64,000 bases of DNA from Carcharhinus longimanus (taxonomy: Eukaryota). The notes under the pieces are model-generated. The model saw only the letters and a list, made by a program, of their open reading frames with translations, made no database searches and was not told the origin of the DNA. The translations under genes were made by a program, and so were the position numbers. Location: NCBI GenBank assembly GCA_030264375.1, contig JASCQW010000043.1, forward strand, positions 83,800,036-83,864,035. The letters run 5' to 3'. Position 1 is the stretch's first letter. Each line of letters starts with the position of its first letter. This document shows positions 1 through 15,800 of this stretch, in pieces.

Positions 1-489
1 AGGCAATACATGTATGGGAAACCTAAAAAAAAAAAGGTGGGGGGGAGGGGGGAATGCGGGGGTGGTGTTTAAGCTGGAGGAACAAGGCCAAAATCTTAAG
101 TTGTTGAATTCCATGCAAGTCAAGTGTGGCAACATGCCTGACTGGAAGATATGCTGCTCTTCCAGCTTTCACTGGGGCATTGCATGGGCCAAGGATGGGC
201 ATGAGAGCAAGATGATGAGATGTCATTTCTCCCTCCTTTTTGGGACCCCTGTTATGGAATGTATATATTGTTACTAGATAGTGGACTCCATTTCAAAAGC
301 CAGGTGTCATTCTGTCATCCTGACCTTGCATATGAAGACCTGCTGCATGCCCAGTAATTGTTTAATCGCCAGACTACAGTCACTGGCCAAGTTTAGAAGG
401 ACTGAAAGGTGTTTGACCTTGAGTATCTTTTGAAGTATGGTCCATAGTTTAAAGCACATAAACTGATATCATTTTTCTTTTTCTTTTAG

Positions 490-855
490 GCACTGTTACT
501 TGTAATTCATTAGAGTTTACTTGTGCCAGTGGTAGATGCATTTCCAAAAACTTTTTATGCAATGGTGCAGATGACTGTGGTGACGGAAGTGATGAAAAGG
601 ACTGCAAGTCGCGTATCTGTGGCCCTCATGAGTTTCAGTGCAATAGTTCTGAATGCATTCCCATGAATTGGCTGTGTGATACTAATGCTGACTGTGCTGA
701 TAAATCTGATGAATCTCCACACCAGTGTGGGTATACACTTACAGTGACCTGTTCTCCTGGTGAGTTTTTATGTAATTCTGGTGAATGCATTCACGGTAAC
801 TGGCACTGTGACGGAGATAAAGACTGCAAAGATGGAAGTGATGAAGACAAATGCT
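490..855 (+). CDS. Unit A exon: LA4-LA6 (three LDL-A repeats)
   Basis: ttttag|GC...TGCT|gtaag; 366 nt; [30 protein letters not shown]...[23 protein letters not shown]. Confidence 0.95.
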
Positions 856-3800
856 GTAAGTGTTATATTCCTTCTAGTCTGGGATTTACAATGTTTTAAT
901 TGGTGGGTTTTTTATGTCTCTCCTTATTGATGGTGGCCTAGCAGTGCTAAAATTCTTTACTGTCTCTAACCAACAGACTGCTCTTGAACTGAGACATTTT
1001 GAATTCTAGAAATGTTAGTATTTGAATGCAATTGACCACGAATGGAGGAATAACTAAGCCAGTGATAAATACAAATGATATCTTGTGTCATTCCTAAATA
1101 GTGTTTGGTGCAACTTGTTCAGAATTTGCCTCCTTTTTTTAAAAATACAGTTGCTTTACCTGTAGTTCTGGTGTGCCTGAGTGGACACGAGTCAGGAAGT
1201 TGAGTTCAAGCCCCTTACTGAAGGCACTATACTGTCTTTTGGATGGAATAATCATCAGATCTTTCTGATGCCTTGGGTGGATATAAAAGATTCTATGACT
1301 GTATTTGAATAACATGCTGTCCCTGTGTCCTGCCACTGTTTGTATACAATCAACAATGGGTATAAAATACTTTAGGACATCCTGGAATCACTATTGTTTT
1401 GTCTGAGATTATTTTAAGGAAAAATGGAGCCCATGACATCTGAACTAATTTAATCCCATTCTGCATCTTAATTTTTGTTTCTAACCTCCAGGATGCTAAT
1501 TCTGGAGAAAAGTCATTGCAACACTAAAAATGTATTTTTTTTTTTCCAAACGGTTTGAGCATTTCTTTGCTGTGATGNNNNNNNNNNNNNNNNNNNNNNN
1601 NNNNNNNNNNNNNNNNNNNNNNNNNNNNNNNNNNNNNNNNNNNNNNNNNNNNNNNNNNNNNNNNNNNNNNNNNNNNNGCTTATGGCACTCCACATTGAGG
1701 GAAGACTAATTTAGGGACAATTTGTTACACCAATCAGCCTAAGAGCACATCTTTTGGGGTGTGGGAGGAAACCGGAGCACCCAGAGAAAACGCACGCAAG
1801 CACAAGGAGAATGTGCAAACTCCCACAGACACTGGCGCAAATCCATGTATCTGCACAGAAACAGTGATAGTGACTGAGCTGTCGTGTTGCCCAGCATCTG
1901 GTCCAGTTTAAGTGTACACTAACGACGTGAAGTACTAGGCTACACTCAACATCCAAGAGCAGCCCTCGTACGACCCATCGTGCGTATGCCCCTTGTTGGA
2001 CAACAAGGCAGACCAAAGCACCTGTGGATTAAAAGAGAAACATCAATACCATGCACGTCCTTATACAAAGGTTATCATTGACTAGGAACTGAACTAGCCT
2101 AGTGTGTAAATACTGTAGTGATCAAAGTATAGGAATCCTGTAGCAAGTAATTTGCCACCTGATTCACCAAAACCTTTGCAATGTCTACAAAGCACAAGTC
2201 AGGATTGTAGTGGAATACTCTTCTCTTGCCTGGATAGGTGCAGTTCCAATAACACACAGCTTGACACATTCCAGGACAAAGCAACCCTTTTGCTACCCCT
2301 TCCACAAATATTCATCAGCTGTCTGAGCATCTACACAATGCACTGCAGGAACTCCCCAAGACTCCTCAGGAAGCATTTGACAAAGCTGCAATCACTACCA
2401 TATAGAAGGACAAGAGTAGTAAATATCTGGGAACACAACCTCCTGGAAGTTCCCTTCTCAGCCACACACCATCCTGACTTAAAGTGTGTTTCCTTCTTTG
2501 CCACTGGGTCGACATCCTGGAACTCTACCCTAACAGCTCTATGGATGTACCTACATATTGGAGATTGCAGTGATTCAAAAGGCAGTCCTCACTATCTTTT
2601 GAGGACAACTAGGGATACAATAAATACTGGTCACATAAATTAGTAAAATAGTGGGGGAGAATAATGAGAAACCTTTAGGGGTACATTTTAATTATGGTTT
2701 GTGACAGAAGTTTATATTAGAAATATTTTGGGAGCATTATTTTAAAATTGAGCATGTTAAATATTGTCCTAATTTGTTGGCTTGCTATGTGATTCCTGTT
2801 TCTTAAATTGAGTTTTTGTTTGGCAGCTGCTCCAATATGCAAATTTGGTCACTTCAAATGTGGAGATAAATGTATTCCTGAAAGCAAGAGATGCAATGGC
2901 TTTATTGATTGTACTGATGGTAGTGATGAGCACAACTGTAAGAGTAAGTAGACAGTAGAGTTTAAGAGCACTTTATTGAGCTCCTTGGTTCAAAACTCAT
3001 TCAACTTTTTTCCTTCTACCAGCTCTGGCGTGCACAGGGCCTTCTGATTTCCAATGCCAAACTGGAGAATGCATAAATATGAGTCAAGTGTGTGATCGGC
3101 GACAAGACTGCAAAGACTGGAGTGATGAGCCCCTAAAAGAATGTTGTATGTAGCTTTATAGTTCCACTTATTTCTTCTCCTATTCCTGCAAACTGAAATA
3201 AGGCTGGCAGACAGGGGCAGGTGTTTTTAGGCTATTATCAGACTTTTTTAATTGTGAAAAGTTTGAATTTTGCTAGTATTAAATGTGTCTTTTGATTTAA
3301 ATTCATAAACATTGTTCTTAGTCACCTTCACAAATTTCCCCCCTCCAGTGCACTAACAAGTAATGTCGTGATTATCCTTGTGCATCAATATTTGGTTTAA
3401 TCTAATTACAATGTTCTTTATTAAATGATCTTAGTTAAATGTGGGCAAACGTGAGCTTCACTTGGAATAGAAATGCAGAATTGAACAGGGATGTGTGAAT
3501 CACATGCAAGTGACTAGGATGGCAAATTGATGCTGGCCTTTATTGAAAGGGGAATGGACTATTGGATTAGGATAGTCCTGCTACAAATTTGGCTTCTGGT
3601 ATAATTGCATTGAGCAGTTCAGAAAGTTCACCAACTGATTCCTGGAATGAAGGTTTTTCATGTTTGGTTTTTACCTATGGAAGTTTAAAAGAATGATGAA
3701 TAAGACTTGGCTGGGCAGGTACTTTTCTCTATCAGACTAGAAGACAACTTCCCATGTCAAGATGGGAGTTTTTGTTTCTGAGGATCATTCATCTTTGATT

Positions 3801-6800
3801 CTGTAGCGGTAGGGTCATACTTTTTAAGGCTGTTTAAATTATGATTGACACTTGTCAAAGTGAGTAGTGTTGAGGCTATGATCCAATCATCCATGATCTT
3901 ATCAAATGGCAGAGCAGGCTTGAGGGGCTGAAAGATCTAACCCTGCTGCTGGTTTGTACATGTAGATGTGTCAAAGTTTCTAATATCAGTAGATCATACA
4001 CTGCAGCAGGAAGTGTTGGAGCCTGATCCATTACCTTGAAGCAACCCAAAAGCCAAAAATTATCCCAATTACTCCCAACCATGCCTCTGGCCACCTATTT
4101 GCCATTGCTAAAGCACCCCCGAACAAAAACACCAAAAGAGAGATCTGTGGTGAATGGAGACACATCAACAAAAAACATCAGTGCTATCCCCTCTGAGGTT
4201 GCAAAATTTAAAAAATGTCTTAAAGGTTGTGGAAGAATGAAGATCCTACAGGGTTTGAAGTGTGACAAGGCAGCAGGATATATATATATATATATATACA
4301 TACACCAAAAGTTATGAAATACTTGGGGGGCCCTGAGATTTTGTCTAGGTGACTTGGTTTTACATGATGGCTATGAATACCAAAACAATAACAAATAGTA
4401 GCATTCAGCTGGCTATCAACTGTAATCTTGACCAAATGAGTGCAGTATTCTGCAACTATGCTAAGGTTTGGTGGGTAGTGTTAGCAACATCTTAGGTTGG
4501 GTCAAGTAGTTTGGCAATAAGTTGTTTCTGGACTTGGCTCCAACTGTTTTGGGTGTAAAAGCCATTGCCATAACATGGAAAAGAACTCATACCTGTAGCT
4601 AGCAACTGTCCAATCTTGCCTGTCAGTTCCATTATAAAATTCTTGGATGTCTCCTCCTTCAGCAGATATCCCTCAATCCTTCTTTAGTCAAGCTGGTTTT
4701 TGCTAGCACTACAGCGTGGGAACAAGTATGTTGAAAACAGCTTTCAGAAAAACTTGGACAGTTGCTGTTTCTGAACTTCACAGCAGCCTATAACACCATT
4801 TGGCACACTGCCCCTCTCCCCTGAGTGGCTAACGGCATTGCAGTACTATTGAACAGTCAAAAGTTCAGAGTTCACTTTAGCAGCCATAGAGTATATGGAA
4901 AAGGCAAATCAAGACTCTTGCTCCAACCCTGTTCAACTTGTACAGCAATGATCTTCCAGAAACTACCTCCCAAATTCATATATGCCAACAATATTGGCCT
5001 TAATCTCTCTGACTAGATCTCAAATGAGGACTTGTCAAAATTTGAACAATACTTCAACACATGGTGATTCAAAGCAAACCCTCCATTTTCACAAGGCAAA
5101 AGCCAATAGTGCTCAACATCCAAATGGCTGCAAGTTAAAACACTAACTCAATATAGTTCAATGTGACTCTAGATAGGATGCTGATCTTCCAGGAACACCT
5201 AAACAGCTGCAGCCATGATAGAGACTACTCTGGGGTGTTGCTATCACTGCCCTCCAAACCTCAGCATTTGAACTCCATGCTTGTAGCAAAATACTGTGCC
5301 CTTTGGTCAAAATCATCTCACATGACTCACATCCAGCTGAATGCTACCATGTATATCCATACTGGAACAGCCATTTCGGTGGGGGGAGAGCCACCTCCAA
5401 ACAGGATTTCAATGTATATTCCACCTAGACAAGTGAATGGGATTCATTGAATGTGACCAAGTACTTGGCCTTAAACTTGTTTCAACTTGCCAAGGAAAAT
5501 GTGGTCCACTCAGATTCAGGCACAGCCACCGACCCTCCTTGGTGAACCCCCCCACAGAGGGGGCATTAGAGCTAGCCTTTTCTCCTAAAGGAGAGTGTAA
5601 GCTACGCACAACCATCAGTGTCTAATCTACAGACTCCATAGAGGCCTATCCAAACTCAATACAGCAGGACTGGAAGAAACTGTTTGCTTGAGGACTTTGC
5701 ATTCACTAAACAAACTAATTGATTTATACTGTTTTAATTTTACACTGCTTATGGTGGAGTTACACTGTCTTGTAATAGCCTTTGAGACTTCAATACGAAA
5801 GAAATTCCAATTTTGTTTTGCAGATATAAATGAGTGTCTGGTGAGCAATGGTGGTTGTTCTCATATCTGCAGGGATCTTGCCATTGGTTATGAATGTGAA
5901 TGTCCACCTGGCTTTGAACTGGTGGGCAAGAAATCCTGTGCAGGCAAGTTCAATTCCACTAATTTTCTTCCAAATTGACTCAGATCATGAATTTGAAAGG
6001 ATATTTCTTTCTTTGCAGATATTGATGAATGTCAAAATCCAGAAACCTGTAGTCAAATTTGCATCAATTTAAATGGAAGTTATCGGTGCGACTGTCATAA
6101 AGGATATCACATTGATCCGATCAATGGGGGTTGCAAGGCTGTAGGCAAGTACAGTATTTGAAAATATTCAATTAAGTCTGCTGTGAAACACTGTTATACA
6201 CAACAATATGCAGGTATTTAACACATAATGTGTGCTGAAGAACTGAAGGTAAATAACTAAACCCTAAACTAGCTGATTCAAAGCTGAAGTAGATGTTTGC
6301 AGCTTTTGGTACATGACAGGCTGGGTTAAGTATCATTACCTATGTAAAATCCATCTGGGTTGACACTTGAGAGGAGTGTTTTAGGTCCACTGTTTGAACT
6401 GCATTTATTGCTATTGACCAGCAATGAGCTACCTAGGTTGATTGGGCTGCATGAGGTGGCTCTCCATCTCTGGGCTGCAAGCTGACTCGTTCACTGACTA
6501 TGACCAAGAATACAATTTGATTGTTTAATATGTATCAGCTCCAAATGGCTAAATACTTCTGCACTGGATGCAGGGGAACACTGTACACATCTATGGAGCA
6601 ATCAGCATGCATCTTGCTTCACTTGCCCTTTATGTACACATCAATTCAGTCATACCAGCAGGGAAAAGAACTGGGTGGTTAAAATATGACAGCCTGGCAC
6701 ATGGTATGGTGGTCAACACCATGGGCCGTCATCAGAACCCAGATGAGTTTGGGGAAGGTGGGGGTGGGTGTACAAAAGTTGGAATATTCAGTGTCTTGCA

Positions 6801-9800
6801 GAGAGCCTGTTTATTATTGTCATCCCTATAAACTATTGGGAACAAATCATCAATCTCAATTGTGTTATCTTGTAAGTTTGCTGTCATGGCTTCACATCTG
6901 AGAAGAGGGGTATTTTGAGAAAGGGGACATTCCACAAGGAATCTTATGCTCTTGGAGCAGGCACGATGGGCCAGATGGTTATCTTCTGTGCTGTATGACT
7001 GCAAAGACTTCTACAAAAGGAAACCATTGTTCATGTGTTGGCTTTCCCCTACAGGAGAAGAGCCCTATTTAATTTTCACTAATCGTCATGACATCAGGAA
7101 AATTGGATTGCATCACATGGAATACACTCAGATAATTGATCAGCTGAGAAATGCTGTAGCACTTGATGCTGACATTGCAGCGCAGAAAATCTTCTGGGCT
7201 GACCTGGGCCATCATGCAATTTTTAGGTAAGATTTCTGAAACTCTATTATGTAATGACTTATTTTGAGAATTTTCAATTCAAGATNNNNNNNNNNNNNNN
7301 NNNNNNNNNNNNNNNNNNNNNNNNNNNNNNNNNNNNNNNNNNNNNNNNNNNNNNNNNNNNNNNNNNNNNNNNNNNNNNNNNNNNNNNNNNNNNNNNNNNN
7401 NNNNNNNNNNNNNNNNNNNNNNNNNNNNNNNNNNNNNNNATTGGTAGAAAAAGGTATTTGCTACCAAATAAACCTGTTGGACTTTAACCTGGTGTAGAGA
7501 CTTCTTACTGTTTACCCCAGTCCAATGCTGGCATCTCCATCATGGATGTAGAACTTCCAGGGATTGGTATTCTAATTGAGCTAGAAAAAGTTTGTCACAT
7601 GTAGGCTTACATTAATACTGCAATCAAGTTACTGCTCCAGCACCTAACTGGGGTACACCTGAGGGAGAATTTAGCATGGCCAATGCATCTAACCAAGTCT
7701 TTGAGGAAGGGAGTGGAGAAAGAAAGCACCTGATGGAAGCTCTTGCAGACTCTGCACACTGACCCAAGATAGGAATGGAACCTGAATCCCAGAAGCAGCA
7801 GTGCTAGCTGCTGAGTTACTCAAGTAGACCTGAGGTGGGTTGACTTTAGCACAGGTTAAAAGCCTGCCACTGTTCCAACCTGATTTTGGATGGGAGAATT
7901 GCTTTTTGCTCAAAGGCATGGTATAAAGTGAAATTTATATGGTAATTGATTTATGGTGCAACATTAAGATCTGAGATTGATAGAGCCTAAGAAGCAATTC
8001 ATTCAGCCACCATTCAATATGCAGGAGAAAGTGATAGTGATCCAAAGGATGGGGTCTCCATTTTTAACTTGGAAGTGAAGTGAAAATATAAGGCTGAAGG
8101 CTATAACTCTTGTAGAGTCACAAACTGAAATCATTAACTTCTTCTGAACTAGATGCAGGGCAAATGAATTTAAAATAGCTCTTGATCAAAATGCCAAGTG
8201 TAATATAGGGAGAATTAGAATTTGAACTTCTTAAATTGAGGTTTAAGAACTGATGCATGGAGAATATTAATGCTATTTGCTCCAGAGGCTCTTTTGCAAA
8301 TTGTAAATGGAGTCCAAAACCATATGACAAGTGTCAGAAACCCAGACTGGTAACAACTAGAGGTTGGACTTCTCTAGTGAACTTAACCCAAAGTGTTCTC
8401 ATCATTCAACAGCCTTTTTCATGAAACAAAAATGCTGTTTAAAATCAAATTATTTTCATGACTCAAATTGAATGCTGTACATGGTAACACTGCATTTAAG
8501 AAAACAATTCCTGGCGGTGGAGAACTCTTCCTGCTTCTGTTATAGTTTTTGCCTCCATCCAGTTGGTCTGATACAAATTCCGGCTGCCTTAAGGTCTGAC
8601 AACATGCCAGAAATGGACTGCTAATGAGTCTGCAAGAAATGAATTGGTCCTTTTGAACAGGAGCAAGCCTGTGCAGGGGGCTACTCCTTGGATGAAAGCA
8701 AGTGGAAACTTGTGATTTCTGGCCACAACTCAGCTGCCATTGTTTTTCCCCACCCTCCTTTCTGTCCCACTAGAGCTGTGAAACCCAAAGTATTTTAAAT
8801 CACTTGAATGCAAATATCATGCCAAGTGAAATACAAACATTAGATTGTCACCTAGTTCTGTTTTGCTGCTCTCATTCCTAATTTACAAGATATTGGTTGA
8901 GGAGAAAGGATTTAAACTAGACCTCTTACTAAAACAAAATCTGTGCATTACCCTTAAATACTTTAATAGTTACAGTCTGACAAGTATCAAACTTTGGAGC
9001 TAAAGTGTTCCAACCAATAATATACAACTGCTCACTGGGGATTGCACAAATGTGAACTTCAATCCTGAATTTCTAGGTTTTAAATTTGAATGTTTTATCC
9101 AGGTTTTGTATTTACTACTGTGACTTCATTTTGCAGTAAATCAATAGATAACCAAAGTGGTGCAATGGAGATTGCCAGAGTCATCAATGATACACGCCTT
9201 CCTTTGGGAATTGCAGTCGATTGGATCCACAAGAACATTTATTGGACAGATGCAGGCCTTAAAATTCTTTCAGTGAGCAACTTTGATGGAACCAAAAGGA
9301 AGATCCTCTTTGATACCAATCTAAAGGAACCAGGATCTATAGCCGCTGATCCATTTACTGGGTACTAAAGAATTTATAACTTGTCATCAGGGTATCAGAA
9401 GGAAAGTGTTTGGCAGTAATTCATACCAAGTTGGTTGGCTTGACATCAAAGTGGCCAATTAACTAGTAATGCTAGCCACTTGAGTTTAATTCATAAGTCA
9501 TTTTGATTTATTCAATTGTCTATAAGCATGACCTGTGGATATAAAGAGGTAGCATGGTCAGATTATTCATAGTTTAACTTTAATTTGCTACAATTCAACT
9601 TGAACTTTTGTCTTTTGCTATCCTTTTGATGGCACACTTGAATATTATCCAAACTCTGGAAAATAGTGGGCTCTTGTATCTATGTTGAACATTGAGGTTA
9701 TGTTGTGGCTGTCAAACCGAATCCAGTAAAATGTAACTTTGACAATGCCAGTAGAAACTATCATTTTCACCCAGTGAAGCATTTTGAGTCAAAAGTTCTC

Positions 9801-12800
9801 CTCTTCTGACTCTTTTTTTTCCTTTTGGATTATAAGGTTTATATACTGGTCAGACTGGGGTGAGCCTGCAAAGATTGAAAAAGCAGGCATGAATGGTGCT
9901 GACCGCCAGCTTTTTGTTAGCAGAGAGATTTATTGGCCAAATGGCATTACACTTGGTAAGTAAACTGAAACCTGCTTTGCAGCATTCATTATCAGGGTTT
10001 TGCTTAACTCCATACATCAAATCTGTTCACAGATCTTGTGAAAAGCCGCCTCTACTGGGTTGATTCAAAACTGCACATGCTGTCGAGCATTGATCTAAAT
10101 GGTCAGGATAGAAGAACTGTATTGCAGTCTGAAGAATTTCTTATCCATCCTCTTGCTGTGTCTATCTTTGAGGTAAGAGGCATTGCCAGAACTTTAATTG
10201 CTGTAAGTGGAGTTGAATTAAGCAGCACGAGCTTGTAAGCTCATTTAACCCAGTTAGTACTATTTATGTATTGAGTTCAAAGTCTTAAATGGTGTATTTG
10301 CAAGCAAGGGAGTGATATACCACCCCCTCAGATCAGCTAATAGCTAGATACTGAATAAAACTCAATTATTCTTTAAACAACCAGTAGATGTTGGCTTACT
10401 GTTAGAGGGATATGCAAAAAGCAAATGTTTCCTCCTATTGTAGGAAAGTAACTGATCTACTCCAGTTTTGTGACTAGTGTGCAGAATTAGCGTCAGCTAA
10501 CAAGTGTATTTTCTGTTATCCAGGTTATGGGTGTTAACTAAAATATCAAATCCAAAAATAACTGGTGCTAGTAAGGGATTCAATTGTGGGGTAGAAGTTT
10601 AAGGGGAAAGTACCTTGCATAAGTCAATGTAATTTGTAACTTGATTTTGATATTTGTGGACTTTTGGAAGTCATTCTCTTTGAAACAAGTCCTTCTTTGT
10701 TTTCTGTATTTTTGCTTGTATACATCAAGTCTTGCATCTAAAAATGTCAGTTGAAGTATGCATTTTGTACAAATCAAGGTATACTTGCACTGGTGTCAGA
10801 ATTCCAGATTTTGGGTAATATCTAATTTGACTGTTTTAGGATCGTATCTTTTGGATTGATGGTGAAGAAGAAATCATTTATAGTGCTAATAAGTTCACAG
10901 GGGCCAATGTGGTGACATTAGTCTCCCATCTCGACGAACCTCATGATATGATCGCTTATCACAAGTTAACACAGCCATCAGGTAGGACATTTTGATTTAA
11001 GGGTGAGACTTGCCATTCTCATGAGCTGTACAAGAATCAGCTAGTCAAAATTAACTCATCAATTTGGAAAATGNNNNNNNNNNNNNNNNNNNNNNNNNNN
11101 NNNNNNNNNNNNNNNNNNNNNNNNNNNNNNNNNNNNNNNNNNNNNNNNNNNNNNNNNNNNNNNNNNNNNNNNNTCAAAATTAACTCATCAATTTGGAAAA
11201 TGAAATATCATAGAATCCCTTCAGTGCAGAAGGGGGTCATTTGGCCCATCAAGCCTCATGAACAGCAATTCCACATGGGCTGTATTCCCATGAATTTACA
11301 TTGCTAATCCCCTGACTAAGGGGTGATTTTGGTTGGCCAGCCATGCTATCTAACCTGCACATTTTTGGAGTGTGGGAGGAAACCCATGCAGTTATGGGAA
11401 GAATGTGCAACTGGCTGGAGTTGCACAAAGCTGGAATTGAACTCGGGTCCCTAGAGCTGACAGAGCAGTACTAACTACTGTGCCAGTGTTGCCCTAAAAT
11501 CATCCCCTTTGTGTTTAAGATTAAGCTATTCCAAGCAGTAAATCTTGTGCTGCAATAATCTTTTAGTTTTGTAACTAGCAATCTGACAAGAGATTGCTGT
11601 AATTGTACAGTAAGCCTTTATCCTTGTCACCCTATGAAAACCAATTCATTCTTTGACAAGTTGACTGATGTAACATTTTATATCACTAATAACAAAAACT
11701 TAAGTTTGTAGTAAATCAAAATTCTGAATTGTCAAGCTGTGTGGCAGAACTAATCTTGAATGATTTGATTACATGCTTTTTTCCCAGTGATGATTTTCTT
11801 AAATTTTCAACAGGCAAAAATTGGTGCAGTGAGAGTTTGAATGGAGGCTGTGAATACATGTGTCTTCCTGCTCCTCGCATATCTGTGAATTCAGTAACAC
11901 ATACTTGTGTATGTCCAGCTGGCTTTGAACTGAACAAAGATGGAAAGCGGTGTACAAGAAGTAAGAACAATTTTAGCTTGTTCACGTATTTAACATTGAA
12001 TGTTATAGCCTGGAATTTAGTCACCATCTGGGGGAAAGGTATTAGAAATTGAGCAACACTATATTTACACTTCTGCCCAATTCATTTACACAAAGCTCAA
12101 ATGTAAAATAGTCTATGAATCATTGATTGTAATTGACTACAAAAAGCTTCCACTTATTGGGTCAAAATTGCTGCAATTGAAGTCACCAATCTGGTCACTG
12201 TATAAAGTACAATTTCACAAAAATATTCAAGGAGTCTCAGTTGACTAGTTGTAAGTCATTAACAAATGAATTGCAACATAGATGCATGTGTGGCTAAAAT
12301 TCTCACAAATAATGGTGAATGCCTGCAGATGAGTGCATTTGATAGACTTGCCTTGCTGACTTGTGGGCAGATATTGCTTTGAGTTGAATTTTTAAGTTCA
12401 ATGCTTTTTCACATACTACTTGATTGAGCAAGATATTGCTCAAAATCATATTGGGCATCTAAGCTGGAAATCTGAAACACCTTGACATCTGGAGTCGGAA
12501 CAAAGTTCTGATGGACTTCTCCCTGAATTTCTAGGATCCCTTCCTTCTGTTTCTTGAGCATGTCTCCAGCTATCAATTTCTGAATTGGAGCTATAAACTT
12601 CCAAAGACCTCTTGGAAATATTCCTTGTGCAGTATTTCCTGTCCCCAGTTTAAAATCGGTAAACTCTGCATTTTAAACTGGTGGGAATGCATAATCAAGA
12701 GATCCCCTGCCACAAAGGTTTGGACTGTTACTAAATAAATAAACACCTAAAAATTGCCATAATGTGAGGTGAATTGTGCAATTGAAGTTCAGCAGTTTTG

Positions 12801-15800
12801 GCATTGGATAGTAAATTATCTGCAGTATTCTATGATGTGCTGTTTTAACTTTAAATGCCCCAAATGTCATGGTTTTTTTCTTGCTAGTTCAAATTTGTAA
12901 CTTGCAGGTTGCTCTTTGTAGATACTGGTCCACTTCTGTCTTAGTTGTCTGGCCTTGCCCTGGAGCAATGAAATTAATGCCTGGCAGGATGGCCTACCAC
13001 TTGTTCAGCTACATGTGAAGTATATGGGTAACTGGTGCTTGTGGAACCAGAGGTAGAGTGCAACTGCATATGAATCTTTAGCAGCTTAAACCACTCTTGC
13101 TACTTCTCTCTAATAGATGTTCTGGTTAGTAATATGTAAGATCTTTATTTTAATTGATCCTCCTTCCAAACAGTTAACACTGCAACCTGTGAAGCATCAG
13201 ACTTTGTGTGCCACAATGGGCAATGTATACCCAATAAGCTGAAGTGTAATGGTCATGCTGATTGTGAAGATGGATCTGATGAAAACCCAGAACTCTGCTG
13301 TAAGTATTTGTATTGCATATAAGCAAATATTCAGTTTTAAATGTGTAAACAACATTTGAATTGGAAGTAATTTTTGCAGTTTAGGTAAATTCATTTGCAT
13401 GATGGTTACTAAACCTCACTTGGCCTCTTCAATGGTTTTGAATATAAATTAACACCTATATTTGATATTGTCAATACATGTGCTTTAGGGAATGGGTTAT
13501 TAAAGCTGACTCAGAATGGGAGTTGCTGCTTCTCTTTCTGGACTTTACATGGGCATAAGGCTGATGGTTTTGACTTTTCCAGCAAATGGTTTATTGATCA
13601 GTCAATTTAAACTGACTGCAGTCTATTGCCTTTTTTCTCTTTTCCCCCACCCCTGCAGTATTTTTAAGACTTGCTTAAAACAGTTGCTAGTCCCCTTACA
13701 GACAACTGTCCAGTTTTTATTCTAGACTTTTTGACCACAGATCTGATCTACTTGAAGAGTAAGAAAGTAACAGGACTATTCTAGATTGAACAATATTGCT
13801 GAAACTTTGTCTTGTATTCATTGAGACAGTTGCTAAATTTCAGATTCTCTTTATAATGCAGTGATAGCTGGCTCATAGTTAAGGTTTTGCCAGAGAGTAT
13901 TTCACAATCTGGTAATTCAAAAGTTGAAGGTTGAATACATTTCCTTAAATGTAAATGAGTGGTATCAGTTTACTGCAAATGTGTCTAACAGTTGGTGGCA
14001 CAGTAGCACAGTGGTGAGAACTGCTGCTTCACAGCTCCAGGGACCTGGGTTTGATTCCTGGCTTGGGTCACTTTGTGGAGTTTGCATATTNNNNNNNNNN
14101 NNNNNNNNNNNNNNNNNNNNNNNNNNGCATATTCTCATGTCTGCGTGGGTTTCCTCTCAGTCCAAAGATGTGCAGTTTAGGTTGATTGGCCATGCTAAAA
14201 TTGCCCCCATGTCCTAAGTTGTGGTAGATTAGCAGGTAAAATATGTAGGAATGTGGGGTAGGGCCTGGATGGGATTGTTTGGTGTAGATTTGATGGGCTG
14301 AATGGCCTCTTCTGCACTGTAGGGTTTCTACAAATTTTCTTATTTTGCAAGTATAGATGGGTTGAGTACAGTCTATTAAATCAACCAGCCACCCCACAAT
14401 TTGGCAATGTCATGTATGCATTTCAGTATCACTACAATGCTGAGGGTCACTACCCCAATGATTTGATCAAATAAAACATAGGCAGGGTAACAAAATCCAA
14501 AATATCTACTAAATTAAATGTGAATCTGCAATTGGGCAGCACTCACCAGTTGAATGAAGTGTGCTGGAAGTGACTTTATTTATATACAATTCAATCCCTT
14601 AAATCTCAAGTGAGACATTCCCAATCCAAGCTGACCAAACAGGCAAGCTTCTTCCCACCTTGGGCTTGATCTACACGCTCCAAGCTATTGGAGTAGGCAT
14701 TGCACTTCCAAGGTTTGTTTTTTTTTTTTGCATCATAATAAAGGCCAAGATGCTGTTTTTTTTTAAAAAAGGCTTCATTTGAAGCCTTAAATGCAGGATG
14801 TCAATACTATGCTTGATCTTAGCCAAAAGGCTGGAAGTGACATGCTCATGTGCAGGGATCTGTTGTGCAAACAAGAGAAATATGTTCAGGCCTGCACTTC
14901 AATTATTGGTGCTTTGTGGCAATACTTCATCAGAGTTGGACTTGGCAACCATTCAACACTTACTGTGGCATAAATTGTCAAATTAAATGATTGCTTTTGC
15001 AATATAATTCTCTTCAGCAGTATTCAAGTTCTGTGCTACCAAACTACAATTTAGGTTGAGATTTGAATACTAACCTTTTTGAAAGGAATCAATGCCATAT
15101 TTAAATTTTCAGGGCAGGAAGCACTTAGCGATGTGAAACCACATCTGAATGCATCAGTGCTTGTTTTTCTGGCACATTCTGTGAAACTAGTGGGTAATTA
15201 CTCCCAAGCTCATGCTAATGATTTTTATCCTTTTGAATAGGGTGTTAAACAGATGTCCTGTCTGACCTTGCCCAGTGGGTTGATACCATGGCACTTTAGG
15301 CCAGCAAGTTATTCCCATCTAGCTGATATTGATATCTCAATCTGCATTGCAGTAAAATTCTGGTCGTTATGTTGCTGTTTTTGGCAGCTTGTACAGTAAT
15401 GATTACACTGGCATTTGTGTAGATCCTTGCACAATGTGGAGTCCATCTTTTTTTCCTTCCCCTTTTGAGGGTTGTTGCAATATCCTTGTGAAGGAATGGG
15501 GTCCTGTTATCTCTGTTAACTTCTGGCGTTTGTATAAACCAGTTAGATGCAATTTGGCTGCTCAAACTTGCCTCCATACTTCTCAACTCCATCATGGCCT
15601 GTCTTATTTTGCTTTGTCCTAATGTTGGTAGAAACCCTGACTGACTTCCTACTTGGACAAAAGTCTTGTAGAGTTTAATATGCTTTTTCTTTTAGACAAG
15701 AGGACCTGTGCTTCTGATGAAATGAGCTGTGGCCCTGGGTTACCATGTATTCCCATCTTTTGGAAGTGTGATGGAGTAGAGGATTGTACTACTGGCAGAG

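Noticed and set aside
1900-2100. Short, relatively CpG-rich stretch after a SINE
   Set aside because: It is too short for a CpG island, has no recognisable promoter, exon or RNA structure, and is probably an unclassified repeat fragment.
2152-2643. 163-aa ORF and the many other 60-140 aa ORFs in introns or on the minus strand
   Set aside because: They overlap LINE/SINE remnants, are antisense shadows of Cys-rich exons, or run through N gaps. None shows independent coding signal.
11045-11202. Direct repeats flanking N gaps (also near 57.8-57.9 kb and 61.5-61.7 kb) resembling target-site duplications
   Set aside because: These are contig-end overlaps around fixed 100-N gaps, not biological repeats.
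13993-14070. tRNA-like sequence with A/B boxes
   Set aside because: It is the tRNA-derived head of a SINE, continues into the SINE core and has no complete cloverleaf.
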